A DNA stretch of 64,000 bases, from the NCBI GenBank assembly GCA_963769935.1, contig CAVYNY010000011.1, positions 320,001 to 384,000 of the forward strand, given 5' to 3'. This DNA is from an uncultured delta proteobacterium. GTDB taxonomy: Bacteria > Desulfobacterota > Desulfobacteria > Desulfobacterales > JAFDCJ01. The stretch's first letter is position 1. The number at the start of each line of letters is the position of its first letter. A model generated the notes under the pieces. It was not told the DNA's origin. It searched no databases and saw only the letters and a list, made by a program, of their open reading frames with translations. Positions 60,058 to 64,000 of this stretch are shown one piece after another. The position numbers and the translations under genes are program-made.

Positions 60058-62552
60058 TTAGCCGCATTTATTAAAACCACAGAAGTGACACATCATACAG
60101 CCTTCTTCAAAACTGATGGTTTGGCCGCATTCCGGGCACTTTTCTCCCATCAGGCTGTACTCGGTTTTGTGATTTTTCTTTAAGTTTTCTCCCGTCATGT
60201 AGCGTCTTTCCAGCACCCGGGCAATGGCATCCGGAATGGACAGCACCAGCCCGCCGTCTTGAAAAATTGGGTACTCGCCACCAATTCCCTTCAGTTGATT
60301 GACAATCTTATCAACCGTCACCCCGGATCTCAAGGCCAGGGATACCAGACGACCGATGGCTTCGGTTTTGGCGGTGGTGGAGCGGCCCGATTTGCCGATG
60401 GTGGCAAAAACTTCAAACGGCTGACTTTCATATTCGGTTACGGTTACATAGAGGTGGCCGTAGCCGGTTCTGATTTTGGTGGTGAAACCGCTCAGGGTTT
60501 CAGGCCGTTCTTTGACGGCCCGCATAAAGCCGCTTTCCGCTTTTTCATCTTTGCGGGCCAACGAGAGGACCTGGTTTTCCTTGCTGCCGTCCCGGTAAAT
60601 GGTAACGCCTTTACAGCCCAGTTCATAGGCCAGATTATAAACTTTTTTTACATCTTCCACACCGGCATCCTGGGGCAGGTTGACGGTTTTGGAAACGGCA
60701 TTGTCGGTAAATTTTTGAAAAGCAGCCTGCATCCGGATATGCCACTCGGGCAATACATCATGGGCTGTTACAAACACCTGCCGGACATCTTCGGGTATTT
60801 CCTCAAGGTTTTTAATACTGCCCTGTTTGGCAATCGTATCCATCAGATCATGGCTGTAAAAACCTCTTTCCCGGGCCTTTTTCTCAAAGATGGGATTGAC
60901 CTCCAGCAGCTTATCGTTATCCATGACATTGCGTACAAAACTCAGCGCGAACAAGGGCTCGATCCCGCTGGAGCATCCGGCCAGGATGCTTAACGTGCCG
61001 GTGGGCGCAATGGTGGTGGTGGTCGCATTGCGATACTTTAGGCCCTGGTCTTTGAAAATACTTTTGTCGTAGTTTTCAAAGACGCCTCGCTCCTCTGCCA
61101 GTCTGCTGGAAGCATCATGGGCCGCTTCCTGGATGAAGCGCATGATGTTTTCGGCAGTCTCGAGCGCTGCTTCAGTATTATAGGGTATGTTTAACTGGTA
61201 GAGCATATCTGCAAACCCCATGATCCCCAGGCCGATTTTGCGGTTGCCGCGGACCATAGCGGTAATCTCCGGCAGCGGATATTGGGACATTTCAATGGTA
61301 TTGTCGAGAAAACGAACTGCCAGATCGACAAGGTGCTTTAAGCCTTCATAGTCAATCATGGGCCCTTCACCGTTTTCCGTCACAAATTTGGCCAGATTGA
61401 TCGAGCCCAGATTGCAGGCTTCCATGGGCAGCAGCGGCTGTTCACCGCAGGGATTGGTGCTCTCAATTTCACCCAGAGCCGGCGTGGGGTTGTCACGGTT
61501 GATGCGATCCAGAAAGATGATTCCCGGATCACCGTTCTTCCAGGCCTGTTTGACCAGGGTATCATAGACATTCGCGCGCATTCAATTTGCCGACCGTTGT
61601 GTGAAACCGGGGATCGACCAGTTCATATTCCGTTTTCGTCGGCAACTGCCTGCATGAAATCGTCGGTAACGCCTACCGAGATATTGAAATTATTCAGATC
61701 GCGGTTTTCCCTTTTGCTGTGGATAAATTCCATAATATCCGGGTGATCCACTTTTAATATGGCCATGTTGGCCCCCCGGCGGGTACCGCCCTGTTTAACC
61801 TGCTCGGTGGCGGTATTGAAAATTTTCATAAACGAAACCGGACCCGAGGCCACGCCGCCCGTGGTGCCCACCGTGCTGTTCTTCGGGCGCAGCCGGGAGA
61901 AGGCAAAACCGGTCCCGCCTCCTGATTTATGAATGAGGGCGGCGTTGCGCAGCGCACCGAAAATTCCTTCCATGCTGTCTTCAACCGGCAGCACAAAACA
62001 GGCGGCCAGCTGGCCCAGCCTGCGTCCGGCATTCATAAGGGTCGGGGAGTTGGGCAAAAATTTAAACTCGGTCATAATCTGGTAAAACAGTTTTTGCAAT
62101 TCCTTGACCCGCTTCTCATCGCCGCCGAATTTTTTTTCGGCTTTGGCAATGTGGTGGGCGACCCGCCGAAACATCTGCTCCGGTGTTTCGATGACGTTGC
62201 CCTGGCTGTCTTTTTTCAGATATCTTCTTCTGAGAACCCTTCGGGCATTCTCTGAAAGATTCAAATTCCCCTGAACAAAGATTGACTGATCCAGCCGGAT
62301 CGGGGAGGGTTTTGTCAAGCCGTACTCCATCAACTTCGATTCGATCATTTTTTCTATAAACGACATGGTGATGGTTTGAAACTCCATGCGCGTGATTTCT
62401 TCCCGCAGCGAGCGACTGATACCCATCGCCTGGTCCGTATCAATGGGGTTGTCCCTTACCAGGAGATCCGAAAACAGCTGATCATCCCACATATAGGTGC
62501 CCAAATCGAAACGCCCTTCATTTGTAACTAAAAATTTACCTTTCTGCCCCAT
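60058..62552 (-). CDS. nrdJ: Adenosylcobalamin-dependent (class II) ribonucleotide reductase, two apparent +1 frameshifts at ~61635 and ~61570
   Basis: [34 protein letters not shown] and C-terminal Cys pairs. Confidence 0.92.
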
Positions 62553-62965
62553 TGAACTTCTCCTGTTCTAGATACTGGTAATTTGAAAATACGTTTTCTG
62601 CCGGCCGGAACGATCCGTTTGAATTAAGCGAAGTCAAAAACAATTCGGCTTTATGGAAAATACACCTTTTTCCAGAATTTTCAACCCAGGATGGTGACTT
62701 AGATCAAAAGGGCACCGAATACACGGCTTTTCAACCAATTGCGGATCGGTCTTTGAATCGCTTATATAAAGACAACCCAAATCAGAATAAAATTCGCAGA
62801 GCGCTGTGTATGTATGCGCAATGATTTATGTCGTTTTTATAATACAACTTCTCAGCAGTAGGATTTGAACGACAGCGAACGAGGAAAAAACATCGTTCGG
62901 AATGCGATCTATTTATTCGGTGCCGATAGAACGTGTCAGGCATCAGAGGCAGGCCGATTAATTGC

Positions 62966-63011
62966 ATACAACATATTGTATGTCAACAAAAAAATACCCC
63001 TATATATGTGA
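62966..63011 (-). promoter_or_regulatory. Tandem NrdR boxes flanking a -35 hexamer
   Basis: ATACAACATATTGTAT (62966-62981) and ACCCCTATATATGTGA (62996-63011); minus-strand TTGACA at 62986-62981. Confidence 0.65.
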
Positions 63012-63158
63012 CTATAGAATTCCACACAGGTATTTTGCTGTCATTGCCCAGGCTGAAAAACGAACTAACCGTGAAGGGAAAGCGAGGATTCCCGGCTTTA
63101 GGCGAAGGACCATCCTCTCTGCTAAAGGCGACAGCGGTCGGTTCCCGAACAGGCTTTG

Positions 63159-63587
63159 CTATTGCTCGCCAACCGCAGAATTTTCCGGGTGTTGCTTTTG
63201 TTCACGGTCGGCTATATCAAGATCCGACAGGATGGTTTGAACCAGATCGATCATGTCTTCGCCGGTCCAGTCATCTTTTGGCACCAGGTGCTCAATCCCT
63301 GATTCCGCGGCTGCTTCCTGATATTCCGGTATATCATAGCTCGTCAAGATGACGACAATAATATCAGGATGAGCGCTTTTAATGCGGCGGGCTAAATCAA
63401 GGCCGCTTTCTGAAGGCAGGTGGAGCTCGAGAAAAAGTAAATTCGGTCTGAAGTCCGGCACCATTGCCGAAGCGTCGCCGGTGTCGGAGGCTTCCCGGAT
63501 GTCGACAAATGGAAACCGGTTAATCAGGATCTTCTTTAATGATCGGCGAAAGGGACCATTGGGATCGACGATTAAAATTTTAAACAT
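63159..63587 (-). CDS. Single-domain response regulator receiver, atypical (Glu at the phospho-acceptor position)
   Basis: ILIVD, LFLELHLP..SG, ILT and VPK motifs. Confidence 0.85.
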   Translation of the reverse strand: MFKILIVDPNGPFRRSLKKILINRFPFVDIREASDTGDASAMVPDFRPNLLFLELHLPSESGLDLARRIKSAHPDIIVVILTSYDIPEYQEAAAESGIEHLVPKDDWTGEDMIDLVQTILSDLDIADREQKQHPENSAVGEQ

Positions 63588-63791
63588 TTACAAATTTCCA
63601 TAGGATTGTTAGTTCCAAACTGGATGCAAACGCAGGATGCAAGATCGGGGGCTGGGTTTTCACTTAAAGAGATAACCTTGTTTACTATATAATGGGAGCG
63701 TGATAAATAAAGTAAACACTGTATATTTAACTCAATTTGGCTGTATTTTTCTTCTGTTTCAAGTGGGTGCCGGTATACGGAAGAGGAGAGC

Positions 63792-64000
63792 ATGGCTGAT
63801 AAACTGAGCATTGTGCTGGCCGACGACCATACGATTCTGCGGGAGGGCTTGCGGGCGCTTCTAACGGCTGATCCTGACTTCAAGGTTGTGGACGAGGCCC
63901 GGGACGGCCGTGAAGCTGTTCGCTGCGTTGAAAAGCTGGAGCCGGATCTTTTGCTGATGGATCTTTCGATGCCTCGCATGAGCGGGATGGACGCCATTCG
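63792..64000 (+). CDS. NarL/LuxR-type response regulator, 5' part
   Basis: MADKLSIVLADDHTILREGL...LLMDLSMPRMSG; GAGGAG RBS. Confidence 0.9.
   Translation, partial: MADKLSIVLADDHTILREGLRALLTADPDFKVVDEARDGREAVRCVEKLEPDLLLMDLSMPRMSGMDAI

Noticed and set aside
1..64000. tRNA, rRNA, integrase, transposase or prophage genes
   Set aside because: None recognised by eye

Overview
Bacterial chromosomal window, most likely from a Desulfobacterota (Desulfobacterales-like) anaerobe. This is inferred from the DUF6178, RACo/ASKHA, CooC and class II RNR genes and a deltaproteobacterial-type Zur box. The left ~13 kb is accessory: a broken AbiEi/AbiEii type IV TA pair, a three-subunit Mo-hydroxylase, a membrane-anchored TIR protein, and an unusual SOS mutagenesis cassette (lexA-DUF72-imuB-dnaE2, no imuA) with its own promoter and a candidate direct-repeat operator. 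The remainder is mostly metabolic or housekeeping: ABC exporter plus transglutaminase, csp, recN, lplA, an AGPS/GlpD/FGGY-kinase/sphingosine-phosphate-lyase-like lipid operon, rdgB, pckG, ampG, RACo, cobB, HDAC, cooC, acyl-CoA dehydrogenase, ubiB, cysS, znuACB-zur and nrdJ. The most striking non-coding signal is a dense population of small repeat elements in many intergenic gaps. These include inverted arrays of 7-9 nt tandem repeats (one pair brackets a four-helix-bundle/IVS-protein gene inside the SOS cassette, many others carry no gene), two MITE-like families with terminal inverted repeats, a three-copy ~280 bp element, and ~31-35 bp elements nested inside the others. Single-base frameshifts in cysS, nrdJ and abiE suggest sequencing or assembly errors. 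All calls are by eye from motifs; no searches were run.
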